Shown: piece by piece, positions 36,869 to 45,927 of the stretch | How the letters are laid out: every line of letters starts with the position of its first letter | How positions within the stretch are numbered: the first letter of the stretch is position 1 | Source of the DNA: Eubacteriales bacterium | Lineage (GTDB): Bacteria > Bacillota > Clostridia > Oscillospirales > CAG-272 | Reading direction: 5' to 3' | Length of the DNA: 59,125 nt | Assembly: GCA_045588715.1 (NCBI GenBank) | Contig: JAZNEQ010000168.1 | Coordinates: forward strand, 1 to 59,125 | Notes under the pieces: generated by a model | Database searches by the model: none | Seen by the model: only the letters and a program-made list of their open reading frames with translations | Told to the model about the DNA's origin: nothing | Program-made: the position numbers and the translations under genes

Positions 36869-38119
36869 ATGAAAAGAAAACTTTATTTGCTTCTTACCGC
36901 CGTTCTTTTAACGGCTTTATCACTCTTCTTGCTTTCCTCGTGCGGGGAAGAGGTGAGTGGCAAAAACGTGACCTTATACGTGTATAACTGGGGGGAATAT
37001 ATTTCCGATGGCTCCGAGGGCTCGCTTGACGTAAATCGCGCATTTGAAGAATATTGCCGCGAGGAGCTGGGACTGAACGTTACCGTCAATTATTCCACCT
37101 TCTCCAGTAACGAAAGCATGTACGCAAAGATCAAGAGCGGTTCTGCCTCTTACGACGTGATCGTTCCCTCCGATTATATGATCGAGCGCATGGTAAACGA
37201 CGGACTTTTGGCGCCTATCGATCTTGACCGCCTTGAAAACTATCAGTATATCGACGATGCTTTTAAGGGGGAAAACGTATACTATGAAGGGGATTCCGGA
37301 AATTCCTATTCGGTTCCTTACTTTTACGGGATGGTCGGTGTGATCTATAACACAAGCATGGTAAAAGAGGGAGACGAACAGATTGGAAGCTGGGATCTGA
37401 TGTGGGATGAGGAATACAAAGGGAATATTCTTCAGTTCAACAATAGCCGCGATGCCTTTGGAACTGCGCTTTATAAGCTTGGATACGACGTAAACGATTA
37501 CGACGAAGAGCGTTGGCGGGAAGCGCTTGACGAGCTTCTGCAGCAAAAGGAGATCGTTCAGGGTTACGTCATGGACGAGATCTTCAACAAAATGAAAAGC
37601 GATTCCGCGGCAATTGCCGCTTATTATGCGGGCGACTATCTTTCAATGTATGAGGAAAACGATAAGCTCTCATTCTTTTATCCCGAAGAGGGAACCAATA
37701 TCTATATCGATGCGATGTGTATTCCCAAAACCTCGCAAAATTACGATCTTGCTATGGAATACATTGACTTTATGTGCAGAAAGGATATCGCGATCGAAAA
37801 CGCGCTTTATACCTATTACGCGTCTCCTCTCACCACGGTCGTAAACGATCCCGACTATCAAGAGGCGATGGCAGAGGTGCACGAGGATGCAATCGACATT
37901 CTTTACGGCGACGCTGCAAAGAGTGTTAAAACGCAAGCCTACCTCAATCTCTCACCCGAAGGGATCAAAGGACTTAATATTTTGTGGGAGGAATTGAAGG
38001 CAAAAAGCAGCATTGGCAACGGTATTTATATTGGGTGCGGTGTGATCTTGGGTGTTCTTGTCGTTTTGGCAGTGCTTCACGTGTTGAAAAAACGCCGTTG
38101 GAGTAAGCTTTACGATTAA
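36869..38119 (+). CDS. potD: Spermidine/putrescine-binding lipoprotein with an extra C-terminal TM helix
   Basis: Lipobox LLSSC, a PotD-like body (YVYNWGEYI...VPSDYM), and the C-terminal GIYIGCGVILGVLVVLAVLHVL-KKRRW. ATG 36869 has a GGGGGAGG RBS. Confidence 0.88.
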   Translation: MKRKLYLLLTAVLLTALSLFLLSSCGEEVSGKNVTLYVYNWGEYISDGSEGSLDVNRAFEEYCREELGLNVTVNYSTFSSNESMYAKIKSGSASYDVIVPSDYMIERMVNDGLLAPIDLDRLENYQYIDDAFKGENVYYEGDSGNSYSVPYFYGMVGVIYNTSMVKEGDEQIGSWDLMWDEEYKGNILQFNNSRDAFGTALYKLGYDVNDYDEERWREALDELLQQKEIVQGYVMDEIFNKMKSDSAAIAAYYAGDYLSMYEENDKLSFFYPEEGTNIYIDAMCIPKTSQNYDLAMEYIDFMCRKDIAIENALYTYYASPLTTVVNDPDYQEAMAEVHEDAIDILYGDAAKSVKTQAYLNLSPEGIKGLNILWEELKAKSSIGNGIYIGCGVILGVLVVLAVLHVLKKRRWSKLYD

Positions 38120-38178
38120 AATGATCTTCAAATAATTTTGAATCACAGATATATAGCATATTGGTGCTTCAAACGATT

Positions 38179-38208
38179 GGGGCGGTTCAACGTTCGTTGA
38201 ACCGCCCC
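38179..38208. terminator. Perfect 12-bp GC-rich hairpin after potD and after the minus-strand fragment
   Basis: ggggcggttcaa-cgttcg-ttgaaccgcccc. Confidence 0.65.
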
Positions 38209-38235
38209 TTAAAATATAATGTTGTTAGAAAATGG

Positions 38236-38550
38236 TTATTTAAGAATTCCCGAAACGTTGTATTTGATCGAAAATTCCTCGTATTTTTCGGTGTAATGCC
38301 CGTTGCCTTCCTTGAGGTTTTTGATAACCTCGTGAGCGTTCATTGTATGCTCGCTTACGTCTATGATCCCTACGGCTACGTTGGAGCAATGGTCACTCAC
38401 GCGCTCAAAGTTGGTGATAAGATCCGACCATATAAATCCGGTTTCAACGGTGCAAGAGCCCTCTTTAAGTCTTGCTATATGATTGTTACGGAGAAGTGCT
38501 TTGAGGTTGTCGATCACCTGTTCGAGAATTTCTTTGCCAATGCTTCTCAT
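38236..38550 (-). pseudogene. 3' fragment of a Na/Pi cotransporter gene: only the C-terminal PhoU-like repeat (~100 aa) remains
   Basis: EQVIDNLKALLRNNHIARLKEGSCTVETGFIWSDLITNFERVSDHCSNVAVGIID...EKYEEFSIKY. There is no membrane domain and no RBS or promoter. It abuts the kinase fragment. Confidence 0.65.
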
Positions 38551-39183
38551 GAGCTCAAAACACCTATTACGGTGATGCAGGGCTTTGCCGAGGTGCTGAT
38601 GAATAAGGAAGGCATGGACGATACCTCCCAAAAACAGCTTGGACGGATCTATAAGGAATGCCTCCGCCTCGGCTCTCTGATCTCAGATATGCTGATGCTT
38701 TCCAAGATCGAAAGCGGAGATACTCATTTAAGAGCGCTTTCCGAGGTGGCTCTTGAAGATATCGCAAGAGAGGTTCTCGACGGTCTTTCCGAGAAGGCAC
38801 AAAGCAGAAATATCACCGCCAAAATCGTAGGTTCTGCCAAGATTTGCGCCGATCCGACCATGATTTTTGAGCTTGTACAAAATCTTGTTTCCAACGCCAT
38901 CAAATACAATAAGGACGGCGGCTCTGTAACGGTTTTCATTACCGAAACGGATACAGGCGTAAGCCTTGCGGTTGAGGATACGGGCATCGGTATTGAAAAA
39001 GAACATCTGCCGCGCCTTTGCGAACGTTTCTACCGAGTGGATAAATCCCACTCCAAGCGCATCGGCGGCACGGGACTCGGTCTTGCCATTGTCAAGCATA
39101 TCTGTGCTGTTTTAAACGCAAAGCTTTCCATCAAAAGCGAGGTCGGGTTAGGTACGACTGTTACGGTTGTTTTCGATAAATGA
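38521..39183 (+). pseudogene. 3' fragment of a PhoR-like sensor histidine kinase gene (DHp + catalytic core only)
   Basis: H-box FFANASHELKTPIT, N-box LVSNAIKYNKDGG, EDTGIGI, ERFYRVDKSHS, GGTGLGLAIVKHI. The formal ORF (38161..39183) has ~120 N-terminal codons antisense to the PhoU fragment and running through a terminator hairpin. The only in-frame ATG (38479) lacks an RBS. Confidence 0.7.
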
Positions 39184-39189
39184 TCAAAC

Positions 39190-39227
39190 AGCCCACTATG
39201 ATTTCCTTAAAGGTTTCATAGTGGGCT
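39190..39227. terminator. Bidirectional hairpin between the kinase fragment and coaW
   Basis: agcccactatga...tcatagtgggct (12-bp arms). Confidence 0.65.
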
Positions 39228-39315
39228 TGCCTGTATTATTCGGTGAGTGTTTTCCGATCCGAGCGTGGATCTGTGTGGGGAGTGCAACCGGTATCGATTC
39301 AAAAAAGCTTTTGCT

Positions 39316-40167
39316 TTATGCCTCTGTCAGAGCGGCGCCGATGACGGTGCCGAACTGTGAGTTTTCGGGAATGATAAAGTGAACGCCAAAGCTGTCGCCA
39401 AGACTTTCAAAAACCTCGCGGATGGGTCGGATCGTGGTAAGGTTTCCAATCAATACGATCTCTTTTACCGAATATGCGCGGGCTGCAAAAATTGCAAGCA
39501 TGGCAATGGTTTCCGCCACCATATTCGTAATGCCGAGGGCAAGGTCGGAGGGGGTCGCCATATCGGATACCTTTCCAAAGTTTGCAGCCGTCAAATTTTC
39601 GTTAATGCCGTGATAGCTGTGGTTTCTGGAAATGTCCTTGATACGCAGATCAACGTTGTCGAGATTGCCCGAAAGGGCGAGCTGTTCAATGTGCTCAACA
39701 GTGTCAAGCCCCAGCATTTTTCTTGAAAGACCGACAAGCGTTCCGCCGCCAACACCGGTGCCGCCGAGATACTTGATCTCGTATTTGCTTTTGCCTACGC
39801 GTTTTGCGTGATTGATCGCTGTTCCCGTACCCATGCTGACCACGATCGCTTCCTCAAGTCCGGACAGGTAGAGGCCACCGATCCCGCTTCCCGAAAATTC
39901 GGGAACAGAAACACACTTGAGATTATAAATACCGTTTGTGATCACCGAGGAACCGGCACCCGTCATCAAAATACAATCGATGTCTCCAAGCTCAAGCCCG
40001 TTTTCGGATGTAAATTTTCCAAAAGCGCCGTAGATCGAAGTGAGGGGATCGGTTGCACGTACGAATTGAGGGGAGATCAGCATTTTTTCTCCGTTTTCAT
40101 TTTCTTGAAAACCGACGATTTTAGTAGTGGTTCCGCCGACGTCGATTCCAATTACCGTTTTTTTCAT
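39316..40167 (-). CDS. coaW: Type II pantothenate kinase
   Basis: ASKHA fold (IGIDVGGTTTKIV), GGTGVGGGTL and LTAANFGKV, typical of Staphylococcus/Bacillus-type PanK-II. Confidence 0.85.
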   Translation of the reverse strand: MKKTVIGIDVGGTTTKIVGFQENENGEKMLISPQFVRATDPLTSIYGAFGKFTSENGLELGDIDCILMTGAGSSVITNGIYNLKCVSVPEFSGSGIGGLYLSGLEEAIVVSMGTGTAINHAKRVGKSKYEIKYLGGTGVGGGTLVGLSRKMLGLDTVEHIEQLALSGNLDNVDLRIKDISRNHSYHGINENLTAANFGKVSDMATPSDLALGITNMVAETIAMLAIFAARAYSVKEIVLIGNLTTIRPIREVFESLGDSFGVHFIIPENSQFGTVIGAALTEA

Positions 40168-40312
40168 TTGGACCTCCTGTTCTTTAGATCTGCAATCAGA
40201 TGATCGTAAAGTAGCACATAAATATTTTATGAAATAATTATATCATTTGCTTGTAAAAAAAGCAAGATTATGTTATAATATTTTTCAGAAGTTTTGAAAA
40301 AGGAGGAAGAAA

Positions 40313-42079
40313 ATGGCTTTTGATGCGGGAATGCTGGCGTGTACCGTTGATGAAATACGGAAAACAGCCCTTGGTGCAAGAATTGAAAAAGTTTTTCAGC
40401 CCGAAAAAGATGAGATCGTTTTGCAAATGCGAAGTCTCGAAGGCGGAAAAAGGCTTCTTATCAATGCGGGCTCAAACGATCCTCGTCTTGGTTTTACAGC
40501 CGAACAAAAGGAAAACCCAACGTCTCCTCCCATGCTTTGCATGCTTCTAAGAAAGCATTTGCAGGGAGCAAAGCTTTCTGATATCAAGCAAGCGGGCTTT
40601 GAACGTGTTGCTTATCTTGAGTTTGAAACAAGAGATGAAATGGGTTTTGATTGCCGACGCTACCTCATTGCCGAAATCATGGGGAAGTACAGCAACCTCA
40701 TTTTTACCGATGAGAAAAAAAAGATACTGGCGGCAATGCACCCCGTCGATTTTTCTACCTCGGCGCTTCGTCAAGTCCTGCCGGGAATGACGTATGAGCT
40801 TCCCCCCGTACAGCAAAAGGTGAATCCGCTGGAAATTCGACGCGAGGCGCTGTTGGATATGATCGCGAACAATGCGTCTGCCCGTGCGGCGGATAAATGG
40901 ATCACGGCAAGCTTCCTCGGTATTTCCGCTGCGGTCGCCCGTGAAATCGTATACCGTGCAAGCGGAGCTGTGGATATCACACTTGACAGATGCGATCCGT
41001 GGCGCCTCTCCGATTCCTTTTTTTCTGTGATGAACTGTATTACGGAGAGTGCGTTTTCTCCCACGGTAATTTACAACGGTGAAACACCGGTGGAATATGC
41101 TTTTTGCAAGCTGACGCATTATGGAAAGGAGTTTACAAGCCGTGCGTATCAAAGTGCGGGTCTGCTTTTAGACGACTTTTTTCACACACGTGACCGTGAG
41201 CACCATATCCGCCAACGCGCTGCGGATATTTTGCGGATTCTGACCAACGCAGATTCCAGGATCCGAAAAAAACTGGCGCTCCAGCGTACTGAGCTCGCGG
41301 ATTGCGAAAAGGGCGAGGAATATAAAAAATATGCGGATCTGATCACTGCAAATCTTTATCGCCTGCGTCGCGGAGATACCCGCGCGGAGGTCGTGGATTA
41401 TGAAACGATGCGAGAGGACGGAAGCTTTGAAACGATCGTGATCACCTTGAATTCACGACTTTCTCCATCTGCCAACGCACAAGGGTACTATAAAAAATAC
41501 AACAAATCAAAAACCGCAAAAATTGAGCTTACAAAGCAAATTGCGATCGGTGAAAATGAATTGAAATATATCGACTCGGTTTTTGATGCGCTTACGCATG
41601 CCGAGACCTCCGCCGATCTTGCGGAGATACGTGATGAGCTTTACCGCTCGGGATATGCTTCCAAAATGAAGAATTACGCACTTTCCAAAAAGTCCCCCAA
41701 TCCCACAGTCGCTGAATTTATGACCAGCGGAGGGTACCGTGTGCTTTGTGGAAAAAACAACGTACAAAACGAATACATTACGCACAAGCTGGCAGGGAAA
41801 AATGACTATTGGTTTCACGTTAAAAATCTTCCCGGCTCACACGCTGTAATGCTTTGCGACGGGGAAGAGCCCGATGCTGTGAATTTTACCGAGGCGGCGG
41901 AGATCGCGGCGTATTTTTCGAAATGTGCCGACGGCGAAAACGTGGAGGTGGATTATACACTGGTGAAAAACGTAAAAAAACCGGCAGGGGGAAAGCCCGG
42001 GCTTGTGATCTACCATACCAATTGGTCCTGCATCGTGACCCCAAAGGCGGGGAAGATCGCAGACATGAGAATCAAATAA
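40313..42079 (+). CDS. rqcH: Ribosome quality-control protein RqcH (NFACT / FbpA family)
   Basis: NFACT-N N-terminus (FDAGMLACTVDEI...IEKVFQPEKDEIVLQMRS), a coiled-coil middle, and a C-terminal NFACT-R (WFHVKNLPGSHAV). Confidence 0.88.
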   Translation: MAFDAGMLACTVDEIRKTALGARIEKVFQPEKDEIVLQMRSLEGGKRLLINAGSNDPRLGFTAEQKENPTSPPMLCMLLRKHLQGAKLSDIKQAGFERVAYLEFETRDEMGFDCRRYLIAEIMGKYSNLIFTDEKKKILAAMHPVDFSTSALRQVLPGMTYELPPVQQKVNPLEIRREALLDMIANNASARAADKWITASFLGISAAVAREIVYRASGAVDITLDRCDPWRLSDSFFSVMNCITESAFSPTVIYNGETPVEYAFCKLTHYGKEFTSRAYQSAGLLLDDFFHTRDREHHIRQRAADILRILTNADSRIRKKLALQRTELADCEKGEEYKKYADLITANLYRLRRGDTRAEVVDYETMREDGSFETIVITLNSRLSPSANAQGYYKKYNKSKTAKIELTKQIAIGENELKYIDSVFDALTHAETSADLAEIRDELYRSGYASKMKNYALSKKSPNPTVAEFMTSGGYRVLCGKNNVQNEYITHKLAGKNDYWFHVKNLPGSHAVMLCDGEEPDAVNFTEAAEIAAYFSKCADGENVEVDYTLVKNVKKPAGGKPGLVIYHTNWSCIVTPKAGKIADMRIK

Positions 42080-42095
42080 AAGGACGGTGCTTTTT

Positions 42096-43028
42096 ATGAG
42101 ATATGATCTGATCGTTGTGGGGGCGGGACCCGCAGGAATGACTGCGGCGCTTTACGGCGCACGTGCTTCCAAAAGCGTGCTTGTTTTTGAAGCGGAATTT
42201 CCGGGGGGACAGATCCTGTCTTCCGAGAAAATAGAAAATTATCCCGCACTGGATTCGGTTGACGGCTACACTTTTTCCGAAACCTTAAAAAATCAAATTT
42301 TATCCCTCGGTGTCAAGATCGCATCCGCGCATGCAGAGCGTATAGAACGAACGGAGGATGGGTTTCTTGTATACGCGAACGGTGCGGAATACAGCGCCTA
42401 TGCCGTCATTCTTGCTACGGGATTGCGTCACAGAAAGCTTGGCGTTCCCGGAGAAGAAGCCTTGATAGGAAAGGGTATTTCGTTTTGTGCGACCTGCGAC
42501 GGTATGTTTTTTAAAAATCGAAGGGTTGCGGTGATCGGCGGCGGAAATACTGCCGTCCAGGATGCGCTTGTGCTTTCGGGAATTTGTGAGCGCGTGTATC
42601 TTATCCATCGCAGAAACGAATTGCGCGCGGAGCGCGAGCTTGCGCAAAGAATATTTGAAAAGGACAATATTGAGTTTCTTGGCGAGCGTATCGTAAAGGA
42701 AGTCTACGGTGAGGACCGCGTGACGGGGCTTTTGATCGAGCACGTTGCTACGGGGGAGCAGACCGAGCTTTTGGTTGACGGAGCTTTTGAAGCCATCGGT
42801 CAAATTCCGCAAAATGAAAATTTCCGTTCGCTTGTTGTATTGGACAACGACGGTTATTTTATCACCGACGAGCATTGCGCGACGTCGGCACCCGGTATTT
42901 TTGCGGCGGGAGATGCTTGCCGCAAATCGGTTCGACAACTGACGACCGCGGTGGCAGACGGCACCGTTGCCGCATTGTCTGCTGTGAACTACGTTGAGGA
43001 GTTCCAAAGGGAAAGGAGAAATGGATGA
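42096..43028 (+). CDS. trxB: Thioredoxin-disulfide reductase
   Basis: FAD motif VVGAGPAG, redox CATC (SFCATCDG), and NADPH motif GGGNTA. ATG 42096 is preferred over GTG 42087. Confidence 0.92.
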   Translation: MRYDLIVVGAGPAGMTAALYGARASKSVLVFEAEFPGGQILSSEKIENYPALDSVDGYTFSETLKNQILSLGVKIASAHAERIERTEDGFLVYANGAEYSAYAVILATGLRHRKLGVPGEEALIGKGISFCATCDGMFFKNRRVAVIGGGNTAVQDALVLSGICERVYLIHRRNELRAERELAQRIFEKDNIEFLGERIVKEVYGEDRVTGLLIEHVATGEQTELLVDGAFEAIGQIPQNENFRSLVVLDNDGYFITDEHCATSAPGIFAAGDACRKSVRQLTTAVADGTVAALSAVNYVEEFQRERRNG

Positions 43029-44380
43029 AAATTTTAATCGCCGGGTGCGGTGAGGTTGGCGAAACGCTGGCGTACGAGCTTTCCAAGGAGGGCTATGACC
43101 TTACCCTGATGGATTCTGATCCGCACGTTCTTGAAACGGGGATCGAGCGCTTTGATGTGATGTCGGTGCAAGGGAATTGTGCTTCTGTCAAATCTCTTTT
43201 GCGCGCGGGGATCAAAAAGTGCAATTTACTCATTGCGTGTACGGGGAGCGACGAACTTAATCTTCTTTCCTGCCTTACGGCAAGAAGCCTCAATCCAAAG
43301 CTTCACACGATTGCCCGTATTCGTAACCCCGAATACATGGAGCAGGTCTACAACATGAGGGAATCGTTTGGTATTTCAATGACCTTCAATCCCGAACGAG
43401 ATGCCGCGACCGAAATCGAACGTTTGATCAAATATCCGGGATTCCTTTCCCGTGAGAGCTTTATGGGAGGACGCGCGGAGGTTGCGGAACTCCGTATCGA
43501 GGAGGGAAGTCCCTTGTGCGGAGTGGCACTTTTTTCGTTGGATTCCATTCTGAAATGCCGTGTGCTGATCTGTGCCGTTTTGCGCGATGGGAACGCGATA
43601 ATTCCCGACGGTAAGTTTATATTGTCGGCGGGGGACCGCATTTTTGTGACAGCCTCCTCGGATGATCTGTCGGTAATGCTCAAGAGTCTTGGGATCGTAA
43701 CCAAAAAAGCCCGCCGTGTTGTTATTGCGGGTGGCGGGACCATGTCCTATTATCTTGCCAAAAACTTAAAAAACAGTGAAGTTATGATCATTGAGCGGGA
43801 GCTTGACCGATGCCGAGAACTTTCCGAGCTTTTACCGCGTGTGACGGTGGTAAACGGAACGGTAAGAAATCACAGCTTTCTGGAAAGTGAGGGCGTTACC
43901 AATGCAGATGCGCTCATATCCCTGACAGAGCTGGATGAATTGAACGTAATTACCTCTCTTTTTGCAACCAGACATAAGCTGCCGATCATCGTTACAAAAA
44001 TCGGAAAACCTGAAAATGCAGGGTTTATCGAAAATCTTTCCTTGGGAAGCGTAATTTCCCCGGGACGGTTTTCTTGTAATGCTATTGTCGGGTACGTGCG
44101 TGCGATGCGTAACCGCGACGGCGCCGCAACCGCTGTCCACACCATTGCCGACGATCAAGTTGAGGCAATGCAGTTTACCGTATCCCCCGATACGCTTTAC
44201 TGTAATACACCGCTTAAGCAGATCAAATTAAAGAAAAACGTCCGTTTGGCTTGTATCGCACGCGGAAATGAAATTCTGGTTCCCAACGGTGATTCTTTTT
44301 ACCTTGAGGGAGACAGCATTATTGTTACAGCGGTAAAGGACGGTGCAAAGATCTTTGATCTGAACGATATTTTTGCTTAA
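43025..44380 (+). CDS. trkA: Trk system potassium uptake protein TrkA (two RCK units)
   Basis: Two TrkA_N/TrkA_C repeats (IAGCGEVG; IAGGGTMS). ATGA overlap with the trxB stop. Confidence 0.9.
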   Translation: MKILIAGCGEVGETLAYELSKEGYDLTLMDSDPHVLETGIERFDVMSVQGNCASVKSLLRAGIKKCNLLIACTGSDELNLLSCLTARSLNPKLHTIARIRNPEYMEQVYNMRESFGISMTFNPERDAATEIERLIKYPGFLSRESFMGGRAEVAELRIEEGSPLCGVALFSLDSILKCRVLICAVLRDGNAIIPDGKFILSAGDRIFVTASSDDLSVMLKSLGIVTKKARRVVIAGGGTMSYYLAKNLKNSEVMIIERELDRCRELSELLPRVTVVNGTVRNHSFLESEGVTNADALISLTELDELNVITSLFATRHKLPIIVTKIGKPENAGFIENLSLGSVISPGRFSCNAIVGYVRAMRNRDGAATAVHTIADDQVEAMQFTVSPDTLYCNTPLKQIKLKKNVRLACIARGNEILVPNGDSFYLEGDSIIVTAVKDGAKIFDLNDIFA

Positions 44381-44439
44381 AGCAACAAGATAAGACGGGA
44401 GTTTTTTCCTGCCTACATCTGTGGAAAGGCTTTTGGATT

Positions 44440-45903
44440 ATGAATTATAAAATGATGTGCCGATTTTTTTCCTGGGTATGTCTGTTACAAACTGTCTTTT
44501 TGATCCCACCCATTATAATCAGTGTTGTGGATCGTACTTTTCCTGCGACGCTTGGTTTTTTGATCACGACGTTTGTTTCACTGCTGCTTTATATCATATT
44601 TAAGCTTCTTTCAAAAAATACAAGCGGAAGGCTTTATGCCAAGGAGGGGTTTGTTTGCGTTGCGACAAGCTGGATCCTTTTAAGCCTTATAGGGTGCTTG
44701 CCGTTTGTTATTTCGGGGACGATCCCTCATTTTATCGATGCGCTTTTTGAAATCGTTTCCGGCTTTACGACCACGGGAGCTTCGATCCTTTCCGACGTAG
44801 AGAGTCTGCCGCGCGCCGTCCTTTATTGGAGAAGCTTTAGCCATTGGGTAGGTGGCATGGGTGTGCTTGTTTTCCTTTTGGCGATCGCTCCGGGAGAAAA
44901 CAAGACGGCAGGCTTTACCATGCACCTTTTTCGTGCGGAAAGCCCGGGACCGGACGTTGGAAAGCTGGTTCCAAAGATGCGGCAAACGGCGATCTTTCTT
45001 TACGTATCGTATATCGTCTTGACCGTTTTGAACATTATATTCCTTGTATTGGGGGAAATGGACGTTTTCGAAGCGGTTTGCACTGCGTTCGGTACTGCGG
45101 GAACGGGCGGATTTGGTATCAAAAACGATAGCTTGGCAGGCTACAGTCCCTATATCCAGTACGTTACAACGGTATTTATGCTTTTGTTCGGCATCAATTT
45201 CAGTTGCTATTATTTATTGATCCTAAAACAGGTAAAATCGGTTCTTAAGGACGAGGAACTTCGGTTTTATGCGATAATTGTCGTTTCAAGCGTTGTCTTT
45301 ATCACCTTGCAGATCTTTTTCAGTTTGCGTATTTATCCTACCCTTGAGGAAACCTTTCGCCATGCTTCCTTCCAGGTCGCCAGCATTATCTCCACAACGG
45401 GATATTCAACGGTCGATTATGAGGTGTGGCCAAGTGCTTCCAAGGTCGTTTTAATGCTTTTGATGTTTACGGGAGCTTGTGCAGGCAGTACTTGCGGCGG
45501 GGTGAAGATGGCAAGAGTCTTGCTTTTGTTTAAGAGCTTGCGCCGCAACATTCACCAAATGATTCATCCCAAGCAGGTCCAGGTGATCCGTGTCAACGGA
45601 AATGCGATGGAAGAACGCGTCGTTACCAATGCCAATGCCTATTTTTCAGCATACCTCATCGTCTTTTTTATCAGCTTTATTCTTGTTTCTTTTGACGGCT
45701 TTTCACTGATGACCAATTTTTCGGCAGTGCTTGCCTGCTTTAACAACGTAGGTCCTGGATTTGAGGGGGTTGGTCCTGCACAAAATTTTGCAGGCTTTGG
45801 AGTGCTTTCCAAAATCGTTTTGATTTTTGATATGCTTGCGGGAAGACTTGAAATATTCCCCATGCTTTTAACGTTTTCCAGGAGCGTTTGGAAACGCAAC
45901 TGA
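44440..45903 (+). CDS. trkH: TrkH family potassium uptake membrane protein
   Basis: Polytopic, with selectivity-filter-like motifs SGFTTTGAS, FGTAGTGGF and TTGYST. Confidence 0.9.
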   Translation: MNYKMMCRFFSWVCLLQTVFLIPPIIISVVDRTFPATLGFLITTFVSLLLYIIFKLLSKNTSGRLYAKEGFVCVATSWILLSLIGCLPFVISGTIPHFIDALFEIVSGFTTTGASILSDVESLPRAVLYWRSFSHWVGGMGVLVFLLAIAPGENKTAGFTMHLFRAESPGPDVGKLVPKMRQTAIFLYVSYIVLTVLNIIFLVLGEMDVFEAVCTAFGTAGTGGFGIKNDSLAGYSPYIQYVTTVFMLLFGINFSCYYLLILKQVKSVLKDEELRFYAIIVVSSVVFITLQIFFSLRIYPTLEETFRHASFQVASIISTTGYSTVDYEVWPSASKVVLMLLMFTGACAGSTCGGVKMARVLLLFKSLRRNIHQMIHPKQVQVIRVNGNAMEERVVTNANAYFSAYLIVFFISFILVSFDGFSLMTNFSAVLACFNNVGPGFEGVGPAQNFAGFGVLSKIVLIFDMLAGRLEIFPMLLTFSRSVWKRN

Positions 45904-45927
45904 TTTTTCATGGGGAAGGAGACCTTT

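Noticed and set aside
38161-38520. The N-terminal ~120 codons of the 340-aa histidine kinase ORF as a possible novel sensor domain.
   Set aside because: This stretch starts at a TTG inside the potD terminator region and reads through a perfect 12-bp hairpin. It has no TM or PAS/HAMP character. The opposite strand encodes a recognisable PhoU-like domain. I treat it as a non-coding artefact of two abutting gene fragments.
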